NCBI RefSeq assembly: GCF_001194135.2
Contig: NC_068981.1
Coordinates: 37,652,761 to 37,716,760, forward strand
DNA from: Octopus bimaculoides
Taxonomy: Eukaryota
DNA length: 64,000 nt
Direction: 5' to 3'
The position numbers and the translations under genes were made by a program. Position 1 is the first letter of the stretch. The number at the start of each line of letters is the position of its first letter. The notes under the pieces are model-generated. The model was not told the DNA's origin. It did no database searches and worked only from the letters and a program-made list of their open reading frames with translations. This document shows, one piece after another, positions 13,845 to 28,432 of the stretch.

Positions 13845-14294
13845 GGTACAGGAGTGGCTGTGTGGTAAGTAATTTGATTACCAACCACATGGTTCTGGGT
13901 TCAGTCCCACTGCATAGCACCTTGGGCAAGTGTCTTCTACTATAGCTTCAAGCCAGCCAAAGTCTTGTGAGGGGATTTGGTACACAGAAACTGAAAGAAG
14001 CTTGTCGTATATATGTATATATATGTGTGTGTGTGTGTGTGTGCGTGTGCGTGTGTGTGCGTGTGTGTGTGTGTGTGTGTGTTTGTGTGTTTGTACCCCC
14101 ACCATCACTTGACAACCAATGCTTGTGTATTTATGTCTCTGTAACTTAGCAGCTTGGCAAAAGAGACCGATAGAATAAGTACTAGGCTTACAAAGAATAA
14201 GTTCTGGGGTCAATTTGTTTGACTAAAGGTGGTGCTCCAGCATGTCCACAGTCAAGTGACTGAAACAAATAAAAGAACAAAAGAATAAAAGAAT
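13845..14294 (+). mobile_element. tRNA-headed bipartite SINE with internal (TG)n
   Basis: A-box-like tggctgtgtgg and B-box-like ggttcagtccc, (TG)n linker, tail aaataaaagaacaaaag. Related copies or halves at ~6266, 7850, 8800, 9480(-), 20860, 24150, 28476(-), 28865, 29490, 53835, 54300, 58870, 62270(-). Confidence 0.85.
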
Positions 14295-17200
14295 TCAGAC
14301 AGACAGACAGACAGACAGACAGACGGACACACACACACACACACACACGCACACACACACACAAGGCTTTTCTTTTTCTATTTATGTCAGCCAAATTCCC
14401 TTGCAAAGCATTGGTCAGCTCAATAGCAGAACACAGTTGTCCATGGTATCATGCGGCAGAATTAAACCTGAAGCTATGTAATTGAGGAGTGAATTTCTTA
14501 ACCACATAGCCATGCAAAAGAAATAAAGAGGCTTTGATAAGTTGAATACTTTTTTCATTCCTGCTACAGAATTATGAAAATGGACCCTAGGTGAAAGGTA
14601 CATAAAGACTGCCTTGATGTATTTGATATGGTGTATAATACATGAAAACTTCAAAATATAAAACTTCTTAAAGGTAATAAATGGATGGATATTTTTGTGA
14701 TATTCCATAGTCATTTGAACTGAATCCAGCATAAACACACTGTCTCTAGTCTGCATCATTTTCACCATTCCCATGGAGTAACTAGATGAATATGATGATA
14801 ATACTGCTGCTACTGCTGCTGCTCTTGCTGATGATGATGATAATAGTGATGATGATGATGATGATGATGGTGATGATATATCGTCAGTTATGAAGCAACA
14901 CATGCACCCACACATATTTGCATGTATATATATGTATACTAATGTATGTGTATTTGAGTGTGTATGATGTAGGATTATGCACAAATTCATAAATAAGCTG
15001 CCAGAATGGAAGGTTATGAGGCCCAAATGGCATTTCTTTCCACAGATGAATGACCATTAGTTGCTGTGAAATGATGGAAAAATTTCTTTACCCTGAAAAG
15101 GGATGCTTATTTCGTCTTTATATTCTAAGCATGTCTATTGATGAGGCTTGTCAATTCATGCTGAACCAACCAAATATATATGAAACATCTGCAACTTAGA
15201 TATTAACAAGTGATAAATACTGCCAGAGGCTGTCTGAAAATGATTGCATGAGACAGCAAAATACATCACCAGGCAAGGGTGGATGTTGTGATTCTAGGAG
15301 ACAGGAACTACATTTGGGAGTGGCATATATGAACAGCAGAAACGTGTGTAGTGAGGATCATAATTACATCTTAATGTTTATTTATTGTATTTTTTATTTT
15401 ATATATCAACACACACACACACGCACACATGTACACACATATACATATATATTACAACAACACACAAAAATCTACATATGCACACACACACACACACATG
15501 TATATGTGCATAAATGTAAACAAGTGTATGTATGTGTATGAGACTCTGTGTATGTGTATGTATGTATGTCATGCATGCATGTGTGTACATGTGTACTTTT
15601 TTGTTTATTTTGGTACTTATTTTCTTTTCTACCCCTTTAATTGCCTATTAGCAACCATCTTTCTGTCCAACTGAATTTACAAGTAGAAATGCATTGCTGT
15701 TTTGAAGCATGTATGTGACTGAAGCAAATGGTATTACCATCACTTAGGATGCTGGCATTGTCTCCATCTATTCATCAACTGAATATACACATGCACGTAC
15801 ACACACACACATGTATATATGTATGTATGCATGTATATACATGCACACGCGCACACACACACAGATATATGTATACATAACACACACATATATGTGAATG
15901 CATTCTTCTTTTTAAAGATTATGGGTATCTGAATGACTGAGAAGCATAGAGAAGAACTTTATCATAGTAAAAGTAAGTAAACTAGTCTTTGTTTCTTGGG
16001 CAGAAATGACATTTTAGACCAATAAATAAAGAATCCTCAGCTACTGAGATATAACTGAACTTTTAGATGAAGTTACATATGATTTAATCTGTGCATGTAT
16101 GTATGTGTCAGTTTTAGCAAACGTGTATGTGCGTGTGTCTGTTTTAGCAATTCTGTCCTGCTGGATAGTCTACTTTTTATCCTCAGCCCTTAAATAATAA
16201 GCAATGGTATTGTATCTTCTTTAAGAGTACCATGCTCCCTGAATAGCATTTTAACTCACCTATCTAAATATCTATGATACTTTTAAGAATAGATTTTATT
16301 TTTCAAATTAATTGTATAAATAGTTTTAACTGAATTTTACTCTGTCTAGCGTCAACATGTCCTTTTGAAACAGTATATATTTTCATAAATACAATTTAGT
16401 ATAACTTCATTTGAACATCTCAGATTTGAGCCAACTGAATGATTTTCTGCAAAATATGAAGACAGGGGGATGTTAAAAAAAGGGAAACACAATTTGTAGT
16501 AATCTTGCTTTTTCTGAATAGAATAACGATGTAAAACACATGAAATGGGGAATCTAAAATGGGGTATACATTTTCATGATGGATAGTTATCTTATTTCTC
16601 ATGATGCTTAGTAGCATCAACATATTAATTCTTAATTGAGTAGTAACTTAAAATTATGAGGTTTTTGCATTTTCTGAAGTTTAGAGTATTTAGATATATT
16701 TTTATGTCAAAATCTGCATTTTAACCTACATGTTTGATATAAAATTAGTTAAGTCAGGCCACTCCTGCATCCAGTATATGCTGCATAATGTTTATTTTGA
16801 GATCTTTTATAACATCAATGTCATGTAATTATTGTAGGCTTTGACTTTGTGTGCCAGTGTAGAATGCTGTAAGTTGTCTAAAGAAGACAAAGGTAAAATT
16901 CCATGCAAAGATTTAGATCAGCAAAGGCAAAGATTAAATTACTAGATAAGCAAAATATGTCAAATTAAGACCTGAAAGTATGACATGATGTTTTACCCAA
17001 GTCTAATCCAAACAGATTGCTAAGAAGAATAAAATGTAATGAAAATTTTATTTTAAACGGATGTGAATTTTTGGGAAAATGGTAAAAAAATTATCAAATT
17101 TGTAAAGGAACAATAATTCTAATTAAAAATTCTTAAAAATATAAAAGGCGAATAAAAGGTTTACACATTCAAATTTTAAAATTGATAAAATAAATTTTTC

Positions 17201-17299
17201 ACATAGAAATTATATATGTATAGAATACAAAGAAATGCAATTGTTAGTGTCAAAGTTTGTAGTCGGTAGATCATTAGTTCAGAATATAGGGATGATATG

Positions 17300-18110
17300 A
17301 GAAGTAAGGGGAGTAAATCAATATATGAAATATGTGATCTTCAAAAGGAAATATTGTGTATGATGTAGGTAATTAGAGCTCGGTAGCCTGCAGTAAGAAA
17401 TAAGATGTAAAGAGAAGAATGGAAGAGACAGTATGAGCAGAAGGATATCAAAATGGAGGGCGAATAGGCATAGAAATATTAGAAAATTTTTAGAAATATA
17501 AAGTGTAAAGCATCAAGAGAAAAGGACAGATTATAAATGAAAAGAAATTTTAAGGAAAAGTTTGGATGAGTGAAAGCAAAATGAAAGGAATAAATAGAAG
17601 AATAGATAATTTCAAAGAAGAAACAAAAGAGAAGAAAAGAAACATTGTTTGAAAGAATGAAAGAAGGTAAAATAGTTGAATGATGTATTAAAGATAGAAA
17701 ATAAGGAAGAAGTAGTTTATCACAAGACATGAACTAAAAGAAACTCAAGCAAGAAATAAGGAACAGGTTAAAGGTAGTGTGGTAAAGGAAGGTAAGATGG
17801 TGGAACAGAAAAGATTGGGAGAATAAGGGATGAATAAGTAAGTATATTGGGCTAAGAATGACAGCCAAATTATACAAATGAAGCAATAACTGAAAGAGTT
17901 TAAAGAAGGGACTGGGGAAGCTGAATGAGGAATGTCATAAGAAAAGTAAAGGTACTTGTCAAGAAACAAATGGTGTAGTAAGAGCTAAAAGAAAATACAT
18001 GACATTACGCTTATAAAAGTTGAATATAAATGTTTCTAAAAAACGATAAAATTGAAAAGTGGGGCTTCTGTTTGTGTGGAGAATGAATAGTTAAATATAA
18101 TAAAAGTAAA
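17300..18110 (+). mobile_element. Purine-rich, heavily decayed LINE-like coding relic
   Basis: Strong A/G strand bias; fragments KYIGLRMT (cf. FKYLG) and FCLCGE (cf. C-terminal zinc knuckle). Frames are broken. Confidence 0.3.
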
Positions 18111-18919
18111 AGAATGCTTGCATTTAAAAAAAAATGCAAATGCATAAAAAAACAGGCTGAAGCAGAAAGTAAATTATAAATTCAATAAAAGGTAGGATAC
18201 ATAGCTGTTGTTGCTGTTGTTGCTGTTGTTGTTGTTGGTGGTGGTAATGGTGGTGGCAGTAGTGATGGTAGTGTTGGATTGTTTACATAAAAATGCTTTT
18301 GTATAAAATGATTGATAAGTAATGAGAATACGATTTGTGTGCAAAGAAAACATTTTTATGTGAAGGAATATTTAGTTGTAAGGAAACTATTTGCATATAA
18401 ATAGGAAAAATCAGTTGCAAGACAAACATTTGGGTATAAAGAAGCTTTGTTGTAGGAACAAACATTTAGATGAAGTGAAGAAATCAGACCATAAATATAT
18501 GAAAGACTAAAAATTATTTGGAAAATGATATTGTTATAAGTAACATTTTTGTTATTTAGAGAATATACTTTAACAGAACTCTAATATGTCAGCACTTACC
18601 TTATCTCATATAAAAAAAAAGTTATTTGGATGAATGATTAACCACTTTATCAGTAAAGAGCTGAACCATGATCTACACTGAGATCCATATTATGGAAGTT
18701 TTCTCATGATTCCTTTGTAAATGATTGTGGATTTAATATTGAGTATTAGAGTATTTGTAAGGATTTCAGAATCTTGCCAATTCATAAACCACGCAATATT
18801 AGTAATCTACTAATTATTGCCTGGTTGCCAACCTTGTGCTATTAAGTTAATGTGTTTGTGTGTATACACATACTTGTTTACATTTTAATAAGTAACCTTC
18901 CTTGACTGTCATCAGAAGT

Positions 18920-19650
18920 TTTGGGGAGAGGTAAGAGCATATTGATGAATTGTCAAATAAATGAAACTTGTTAGTTTGATTCTCATTCTTAGCTGCAGGA
19001 TAGGCCCTTGTAGGCCTCATTTTACAGCAAAATTAAATCCATAGAGATATGAGTCCTATATAGTTATTCATAACTCATACTGTATTGCTACTGTAGCAAT
19101 TATCATCTCTACTGTCAACCTTATATTAATTGTGCATAATAGAATAAAAGATTAAGTAGGGCAAAACTTCTGGTTGTATTTGTTCCTGTTCTATGGTCTC
19201 TGAGTTCAAATCCATTCGAATTCAACTCCATCTATTCTGGGTCAATAAAATTAAATTGAATCAAGGCCAGGGTTGTATCAAACAAGAAATCTTATTCCCA
19301 GCTCTTTATGTTCTGTGTTCTTGGATAGTAGACTTAAATCACCATCTGGTTTAACTCCACAACCTGGTCCTTGGGTGTCTTTTAGCGAAGTCTGTTCTGT
19401 TGGGGGAGAGATGAGAGTATGCTGATGAATTGTTCAATGAATGAAACTTGTTTTAGATTTGAGGGAGCTTCTTCCTTTCTTTTCCTCTGTCTCAGAGGCC
19501 CTGAAAACCAAGAGGATCATTGAGGCTACTCTTTCAACCTGATTATGTTTTTAAGTAAAGTAAACAAAACATGTTTATGCTTTAGTTTGGGATGAGGAGG
19601 TGAGTGAAACCTGATGAATTGCTAAGTAACAATGAAACTTGTCAGGTTTG
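18920..19650 (+). ncRNA. Three related hammerhead-like motifs (PLE-type repeat ends)
   Basis: (T/C)TGATGA-attg...aat-GAAA-cttgt at 18942-18971, 19422-19451 and 19611-19643, each preceded by a tgggg(a)gag leader. Confidence 0.55.
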
Positions 19651-20429
19651 ATCATCAAAAAGCTCTCTCATGGGTCTCAATTTCATGGTAATGCTAAAGG
19701 GGCTGTCAAAAATTGTAGAGCACTGATATATGTGAAGTTTGTTAGGTCAAGTTTGTTAAGCTACTTAGTAGAACTTGGTTGCATTCATTTACACAGTTCA
19801 AATTCCATTGGAATAGAAAAGTATACTAGAATTATATGGAGGGGCAATTCAACTGACAACACATGAATTTTAGCATTGCAAGAAATCCTTATGCTATTTC
19901 TACTACAACTATAACTCTTCCTTCTCCTTTGACTACAAATACTATTATTACTATAACCCCTTCCCTATCACCATTGTTAACACCACTACTACTGATGATG
20001 ATGAGGAGGAGGAGGACGTCGAGGACAACGACGACGATGATGATAATGGTGATTTATTTTATAGGCATCTTTATCATTATCTTTTTTATACTTAGTAATT
20101 ATATTAACAATTCTTATTTCCTGTATCAGCTTGTTTTCATGACAAGAGAAATTAGACATTTCTACTTCTATGTCTCTGGTAACAGGATGCCACAGTATTT
20201 CCTCATATTTCATCTTATCAAAACCAATTTCTAGACAAGATTGAGAATATAGAAGTTAATTTTGTTGTCTTCTTTTCATCAAACAGTTGGTGTGTTCCTT
20301 ATTTAAGATATTTTCTTACCTAATATATACATATAAAAGTAATTTCTATGTAGCACTAAAGGTACACATTCAGATTTATACTTGATAAATTTAATAAATA
20401 TTTACTAATTATGTAAATTACATCCAGAC

Positions 20430-20800
20430 AATCCAGCTGATGCTTTCATGAAACCTTCAAGCAAATTTCTATTAAAGTAGAGTTTCACAGCATGGTTGAC
20501 CAAGTCAAATCTGAATTTCGAAAAATTATTAGCATTGACCTCTCTAAAGGCATTCAATAGACTTAACAGAAACCATTAATGCCAAGCCCCTCACAGATAT
20601 TCCTGAACTCAGAAAAATCCATTACTGCTAAACCTTTCAAATAAACTACTGAAGTATACAGGACGACCCATTCCATCTTTGAAAGAAAGTGAATTGAAAC
20701 TTTCTGTCAATAGAATATCATGAAATAGTCAAAGCCTCTCAAACAAATTCACTTGCCAGTACATAAAATATATTGAAATCCTTCACTGTGTATTCTTACA
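20430..20800 (+). mobile_element. Decayed non-LTR RT fragment
   Basis: IISIDLSK / AFNRLNR across a frameshift resembles RT domain 3 (IDxxKAFDxxxR). Confidence 0.3.
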
Positions 20801-21047
20801 CATACTCGTCAATGCATTCACATCTACATAGATTTTTGGATTCTACATGTTATTTGGATCTGTGTGGTTGAAAAGCTTGCTTTGCAAACCATATGGTTTT
20901 AAGTTTGATCTCCTTACATGATATCATTTGAAAGTGTCTTTTACTCTCGCCTCAGGCTGACCAAAGCCTTGATAATGGATATAGTAGATGGAAATTGAAA
21001 GAAGTCCAACATGTATATATTTATGTGTGTGTGTGTGTGTGTGTGTG

Positions 21048-21079
<32 letters not shown>

Positions 21080-21444
21080 ACTGGTACTCCGTTTATTACA
21101 ACAATGAGGGTTCCAGGTGATCCAACATGACACAGAATGAAACAAGGCTGGCCTTTTGAAATACAAATACTACTCATTTTTGCCAGCTGAGTGGACTGGA
21201 GCAATGTGAAGTAAAGTGTCTTGCATATAGGCACAATACACCACCAGGAATATACATACATATNNNNNNNNNNNNNNNNNNNNNNNNNNNNNNNNNNNNN
21301 NNNNNNNNNNNNNNNNNNNNNNNNNNNNNNNNNNNNNNNNNNNNNNNNNNNNNNNNNNNNNNNNNNNNNNNNNNNNNNNNNNNNNNNNNNNNNNNNNNNN
21401 NNNNNNNNNNNATATATATATATATATATATACATATGTGTGTG

Positions 21445-21648
21445 TGGTACTGGTGCCACATAAGAAGCACTGGTGAAGGTGCCATGTAAAAAGCACCCAA
21501 TACACTCTGTTAAGTATCTGACATTAGGAAGGGCATCCAGCTGTCGTAACTAAGTACCAAAACAGACTATAAAACACGGTGTGATCCCTGGCCTTGTCAG
21601 TTTCTGTCAAGCTGTCCAACCCATACCAGCATAGAGAACAGATGTAAA

Positions 21649-21680
<32 letters not shown>
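21445..21680 (+). mobile_element. RTE 3'UTR-type repeat ending in (ATG)n
   Basis: aaaagcaccc...ttaggaagggcatccagctgt...ccaacccat...atgatgatg. The same block is the 3'UTR of the RTE LINE at 57465-57720(-); other copies at ~28140, 29220, 31400, 33690, 7060(-). Confidence 0.75.
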
Positions 21681-23649
21681 ATATTTATAATATATCTCCA
21701 TTCATTCATTCATTCATTTATTCAACTGTCTTTTTCCGATACATTTCAGGTAAGATTTTACAGCTAGTTCCAGTGTGTATTCAAGCAAAGTTTGAGTTAT
21801 CCTTCTCAGATCACCAAGGAGTTAAAACTATGATTTGAACCTATAACAACTACTGACACGTAGTTAATCCAACTAATCAGATTTTTTCAGGACTTTATCA
21901 TCTTAAGTTGACAGCAATATTAGTCTTACAAACTCATTTTGAATCACAATACTCAACATTTGTTTGTCTTTCATAAATGGACATTGTCTTACATACAAAT
22001 GAATCATTAAAAATAAATCAGTTTCATAAGAAATGTTAGTACAATATACTATATACGATTACATTTTCTTTCAAATATTCAGCACAAAATTTTAATTTTC
22101 CTATGAACTAAGATACAAAATTTAAGCTGTCTCTTCTGAAAATGTCAAATTCAATTTATTTGACGAGTGAAAGAAAAAAGCAGAGGTTCAAAGCAAATAA
22201 CAAGTCCTGCTATTTTAATATTTCTAAAACCTGCATCTAAAAGTGCTCAAAGATAATATCCAGTGATATCGGTTTGTAAAATGTTTCATAAATTTATCCC
22301 AGTGAAACTAAGTAAAATGTTTTTGGAAACTTGAGATTCTACCTTTATCTCCTAAGTTAATGTTAATGATCCATTCTTGTATAGTTGACTTTGAGGTATA
22401 ACAACTATGGATGTATACTAAGCAAACTGTAGTTATATTTCTGTTTGCTGATCAGCAGTGGATCATAAAGGTAAGTTCTTAGGCGGATGATATTGTTGAC
22501 GCTCTTTAAGATAAAGGATTACATATTACAGGTAGCTATGAAACATTGCTAAATACAAGAGAGATTCACACTATTTATTCATAACGAATTCTAATATTGA
22601 TACAGGGTAACAAATTTGGGGACATGCATAATCAATTAAATCAACCCCAATACTTGACCAGTATTTTATTTTATTGACCACTAGGATGAAAGATAAAGTT
22701 GATCTTTGCAGTATTTGAACTTAGGATATAAAGGGCTGTGACTAAATATTCACAGCAATTTATCCAATGCTCTACCTTCATGCTGTAAATCATCAAATGA
22801 CAAGTTAACATCCCAGTTAATTTGATTCTCCTGAATTTATTTATCTTTTTACTGCCTCGTTATCTACTCTACTGCAAATCAATGAACCATGAAATGTTCA
22901 AGAGATTACCTAATGAACAGCTCAGTGTCAATGATGGATTAGGAATTCATTACTCTTCAAATGAAATGCTAATGCATCAATTACTCTGGTTTTACATACC
23001 ATCACCAAAAGCCTGAGAAAATTGAACACCTATACCTTAGTGTATGAGATCTAAAATATCTTAGTTTTAATCCTTTAATTTGTACATGGTGAGATAATTT
23101 GTGATTAGGACAATGTTTACTGCAATCATTTATTCAAGACTTAATAGTGTTGGTGATGTTATTGGTGTTGTTTAATTCCAAGATTTGCCTTTATTGACCA
23201 GATCTATTGTCCATGCACTTTCAGCTTTATATTCTTTTGGTGAAAATATAGGATTACATTATCTCTGTTTTACTGATAATGAGATTGTGAAGTGTGACTT
23301 GAAGGACATTTGGTTGTTACCTCTAGATGGTGGAGTGGCCATGTAGAGTCTTTTTTCTGAAATAATTGTAACAATTACAATAGCTTTAGCATGGGATTAC
23401 ATTTTTTTTCGTGTTCATTGCCCTAATCATTAATGTTAGATATTTTTTTCTTTCTGCTTATGGAAGAGTGACATACCATCAACAAAGATTTCAAAAATAT
23501 AGCAAAGAAACCAGTCAGTGAGATCCTCATCTCAAGCTTCCAAAATGCCTTGGTAGAGTCACTGCAGTACAGTGAGCAATGAAACAAGAGTACTATTAAT
23601 ACACCAGTACACTGATAGTAATTGTTGAGCTGTCAGTCTTGTAGCATTA

Positions 23650-23855
23650 TGGTAGAAACGTTGGCATGCTGGGTGAAATGCTTAGCTGTATTTCGTCTGT
23701 CTTTATATCCTGAGTTCAAATTCCGCCGAGGTCAACTTTGCCTTTCATCCTTTTGGGGTCGATAAATTAAGTACCAGTTGCATACTGGGGTCGACCTAAT
23801 CGACTGGCCCCTCCCCCAGAATTTCGAGTCTTGTGCCTGGAGTAGAAAATGTATA
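23650..23855 (+). mobile_element. Second tRNA-headed SINE family, near-intact copy
   Basis: gagttcaaattccgccgaggtcaactttgcctttcatccttttggggtcgataaattaagtaccag. Shared with 46803-47045(-), 53365-53585(-), 37180-37290(-) and decayed copies at ~5565, 12100, 22615, 30865, 53030, 56285. Confidence 0.85.
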
Positions 23856-24149
23856 TACACTGTGAAGCAGAGAGCTGGCAAATTTGCTAGGCTGTCAGAC
23901 AAAATGTCTTGAGGTATTTATGTTCTGAGTTCAATTCAAACTGAGGTTAATTTTGTCTCTCATCCTTCCTGGAATCAATGACATAAGCTACTATCCCACC
24001 CCTTGAATCTGCTGTCTTGTATCTAAATCAGAAGCAGTTATGTATATAAACTGTGACTAGGCACATAGTTGTTTACATTTTTACAAGTCATGTTAAGCAA
24101 TTATTTCTTTAGTAGTTAAGAAATTATGAATACCTCAATAATCATAGAA

Positions 24150-24570
24150 ATTGGATGTGGCCATGTGATGAGAAGTTTGTTTCCAAATCACATGGTTCTG
24201 GGTTCAGTCTTATTGTGTGGCACCTTGGGCAAGTGTCTTCTACTATAGCCTCGCACTAACCAAAGCCTTGTGAATGGATTTGGTAGACAGAAACTGAAAG
24301 ATGCCCTTCATATATCTATATGTGTGTGTGTATGTTCATGTTGGTGTGTGCCTGTATGCATGCATGTATGTGTCCCGCCACTACTTGACAATCAGTGTTA
24401 GTGTGTTTACATCCCCATAACTTAGTGGTTCAGCAAAAGAGAACGATAGAGTAAATACTAGGCTTTACTAAAAACAATAAGTTCTGGGGTTGATTCATTT
24501 GACTAAAATTCTTCAAGGCAGTGCCACAGCATGACTGTAGTCCAATAATTGAAACAAATAAAGATAAAAA
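24150..24570 (+). mobile_element. tRNA-headed bipartite SINE (same family as 13845-14294)
   Basis: Collinear similarity with 13845-14294 over head, (TG)n linker and tail. Confidence 0.85.
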
Positions 24571-26468
24571 ATATATTAAAATTAGCTTATTAGTTTAAAA
24601 TATGATTCTCATTAACTCGTGCTTTCATATAAAAAATGTTTACCAGAGAAAGAAACCTGATATAATTTAAGAAGTCTTACTATCCTTGTATTTAATGTGA
24701 ACCATTAATTAATTTTTTGTCTTCATGCATAATTTTTACATTAATTTCAGAAACTAAGAGTGTTTTAAGATTATATTAATAGGTAGTATAAAAAATTTAT
24801 GTGGCTGAAATTATCCATTTATACTTTCAAAATGTGTAGATTCAGTCAGTGAATTCTAGGGCTAGAAAAAATGTTTCTTATGAAGGTCATAAACAATATA
24901 AAGGAAAAAATTCAAAAGTACAATAAATATTGTCCATATAAATCAATACATCATAAGTAATGAATAATCTATTAATTTCAATAACAACAAATATATTCTA
25001 ACAGAATATTTTACAAGAATTTCATTTGGATTGGCAGCTTGTTAGTTTAAATTTAAACCAAATAAAAACCAATCTTTGATAAGAAGAATATAAGGCAGTC
25101 TGACTTGTCTTAGAAAAGGAGACAATGAAATATAAAAGGTGTAATTTAGGATGACAATGTGGCTAATGTAGTATGACTAGTATCAAAAGAGTGGGTGTTA
25201 GAATGGCTGACTTCTCTTGTCTGAAATCTAAAGCTTCAAATAATCAGTAATTGAAGGTGACAATGTCTGTAAAAATCGGTTATCGTTTTGTGTTGTTTTT
25301 TGTTTTTATATAGAAAAATAAAAGACTTTTGCATATTTTTGTTCAGGTTCTTTGATTGAAATATTCATTAAAGCACTTGCATAATGTTTCTGATTAAATG
25401 GTAAAGAATTTGGGTATTCTTTGGGATGAATGTATAATCTCACTAATGAAATTTAAGAAAAAAAAATGTTTCTATTCTTTTGAAAAATATGACAAGCAAT
25501 CAATGTATTTGTGAGCAAATTGAAATCTCAGAATCTTTAGACATTAAGAAAATTTTATGGTTTGAGAAGAAAAGAAATAAATAGAAACTTTTGTTTTATT
25601 ATACAAAGACTATATAGAAGTCTATTCACACGTCCATTGATAACATTAGAAAAATGCTGTAAAATACATACAAACACAGGAACTGTTTAATATTTCATTG
25701 TCTATTGCAATATAATATGAAAACTTAGCCAGATATTTATATAAATATATATGTAAACCTGTTTCATAAATTAAAATTTCAGTGTGGTCACAAACTTCAT
25801 TAAACTTGTCCCTTTAAGATGCTACAAGAAACGTTTCATGTTGTACTGAAAGCTTTGAAGATTTCTTATGATCACCAAATGCTTTAAGTGAGGCTAAGCT
25901 ATGTAAATTAACATGCTTATAGTCCTTATTTTAAGATATACATATCCATTACAATCCATTTTTCTGTACAGGTTGTATTATAACTTTAGGTTAGATAAAT
26001 TTAATCTTGGTACTTTAAACGTTGTAACAAGGAGCATATACCAATCCTATTTCAAGAAAGAATGAAGCAGCTGTGGAAAGCATCCAGCTGTAAAACTCCC
26101 AGGATTCAAAAATGCATTTTAGTTCTAATTTAAAGAGCTGACAAACCCATATCCACAGAAAGGACTGAACATAGCATGAAAATAATAAATTGATTACACT
26201 ACGTCTACATCTGCTGGCTTTTTCTTTTTTCCTGATTTAAATATTTAAATTTAACCACATGCTCACATACTCAGGTAGTGGGAAAAAGACAAACTAACTG
26301 ATCTATAATCAGTATGAGAGAGAGAGAGAGGGAGAAGGGAGAGAGAGAAAGAGAGGGAATGGAGAGAGAGAAAGAGAGAAACTGCATAAGACAATTTATA
26401 ATAACTTGCACTATAAATGTATATTATATAATTCAGAAAAGATCAGTGAGTGGCTGTGCGTGTATATG

Positions 26469-26510
<42 letters not shown>

Positions 26511-26624
26511 TACATATATTCATACATGCAAATATATATATTCATATGTGTACACACATGCACACATGCACACAGACATGTATGAATTTATGTGTGTATG
26601 TATGTATGTATGAATGCATGTATG

Positions 26625-26655
<31 letters not shown>

Positions 26656-27321
26656 GTATTTATATATATATATGTATGNNNNNNNNNNATGTATGTATAT
26701 ATATGTATATACATATATGTATATATACGAATATATATATATGTATATATATGTATATATATGTATGTATATATATGAATATATATATATATATATATAT
26801 ATTCACATACATACAAGTATACATACACATATATATGTAGGTACACACATACACACGCACACGCACACATGCACACAAACACACATATGTTTGTGTGCGT
26901 ACAATCGCAGACAATAATAATATATTTGTGGCAGAAAAAACGGGAAGGAAAGAAAAACTTAAGTAAGAAAAAAAAACAACTTTTTAGAGCTAAGTCATGT
27001 CAAGTTTAAATTAAGTTTGCTGCCATGAAAATAGGCAACAAGAAAGTACATAATGACATCTATATTAATAAAAATGCTTTTTTTTTTTATTTTCTTGCTT
27101 TCTTATTTTCTTATTTAAGAGATAGAGAATGTCTGATAATGTCAGTTACACCATTATAACTAAGACAGAATCTTGTATGCATCATATTCTGCAGTGTAGG
27201 ACTATGCAGTTTATTATTGAATATATGCAGACTCTGATTATGGCAACCCATCCAACCCATGCCAACATGGAAAGCAGATGTAAAACAACAATGATGATGG
27301 TGATGATGATAATGATGACGG

Positions 27322-27353
<32 letters not shown>

Positions 27354-28397
27354 TGGTGGTGGTGGTGATGATGAAGCATAGATATTGTTTCAGTAAATTA
27401 CTATGTATAACTGGCTACAACTCCGTGTGATGTTATTATATTATTTTGGGTGCTAAAGACAGTAGAAATGGTAGAGTATAGCACAGAATCTTTTATGCTA
27501 TTTAATTATCAGATTCTATGGTGTAAGTTCAAATTCTTCTTGCAGGTGGTTGTGGTGGGGAATTTACCTTGTATACTACCAAAGCTGATTAAATAAAAAG
27601 CAGTCAAGTACTGAAGTTGATTTAGTTGACTATAGAGAAACTAGAGCAAAGGTAATCAAATCAATAGGGTACAGGCAATATTTAGGTAGTTGTTCTTATT
27701 GTTTAATCCCAGAACAGCTTTGATAAAGCAGACCAAAAGGAATTCTAGCAGTGACAAACCTATTTTTTCTTTGGTTTAATTTTTCATATACAGCATATTC
27801 AGGTTCACATCTTATGTACCCATTTGTTTTCTAAACATTAGTGGCTAATACTAGCAGATCAAGCAACTCCATAGAAACTTCTTTGATGGCTTATTACTCA
27901 AGTGGTAAAACAGGATGAGGTAATTCATTTATTTTTATGATACAGTGTGAAACAGTTCACTGCTTTTTACTATAGTTGCATAATACATCATACAATATAA
28001 GATGTTATAATTTACTACAAATGTGAAGATGATATGATTCATTATCTTATATAATATGGCAAGGTATCTTTCACTGATTTTTGTAATATGTAGTGATATG
28101 ATTCACTACATGGTATTCTTTTTGGATTGGCTCCCATGCAGGTGACACGTAAAAACACCTTTTGAGTGAGGTCGTTGCCAGAACTGCCTGACTGGCCTTC
28201 ATGCCAGTGGCACATAAAAGCATCCACTATACTCTTGGAGTGGTTAGCATTAGGAAGGGCATCCAGCTGTAGAAACTTTGCCAGATCAGATTGAGCCTGG
28301 TGCAGCCTCTGGCTCACCAGTCCTCAGTCAAACTGTCCAACCCATGCCAGCATGGAAAGCGGACGTTAAACAATGATGATGATGAGGATGATAATGA

Positions 28398-28432
<35 letters not shown>

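Noticed and set aside
14415-15026. 203-aa minus-strand ORF
   Set aside because: It spans a SINE head, an (ATG)n/(CTG)n tract and TG-rich repeat, so it is open because of low complexity.
16839-16893. 55-nt exon-like segment (ALTLCASVECCKLSKEDK) and a strong GTAAGT donor at 22471
   Set aside because: Isolated splice-like signals with no linking frame or homology.
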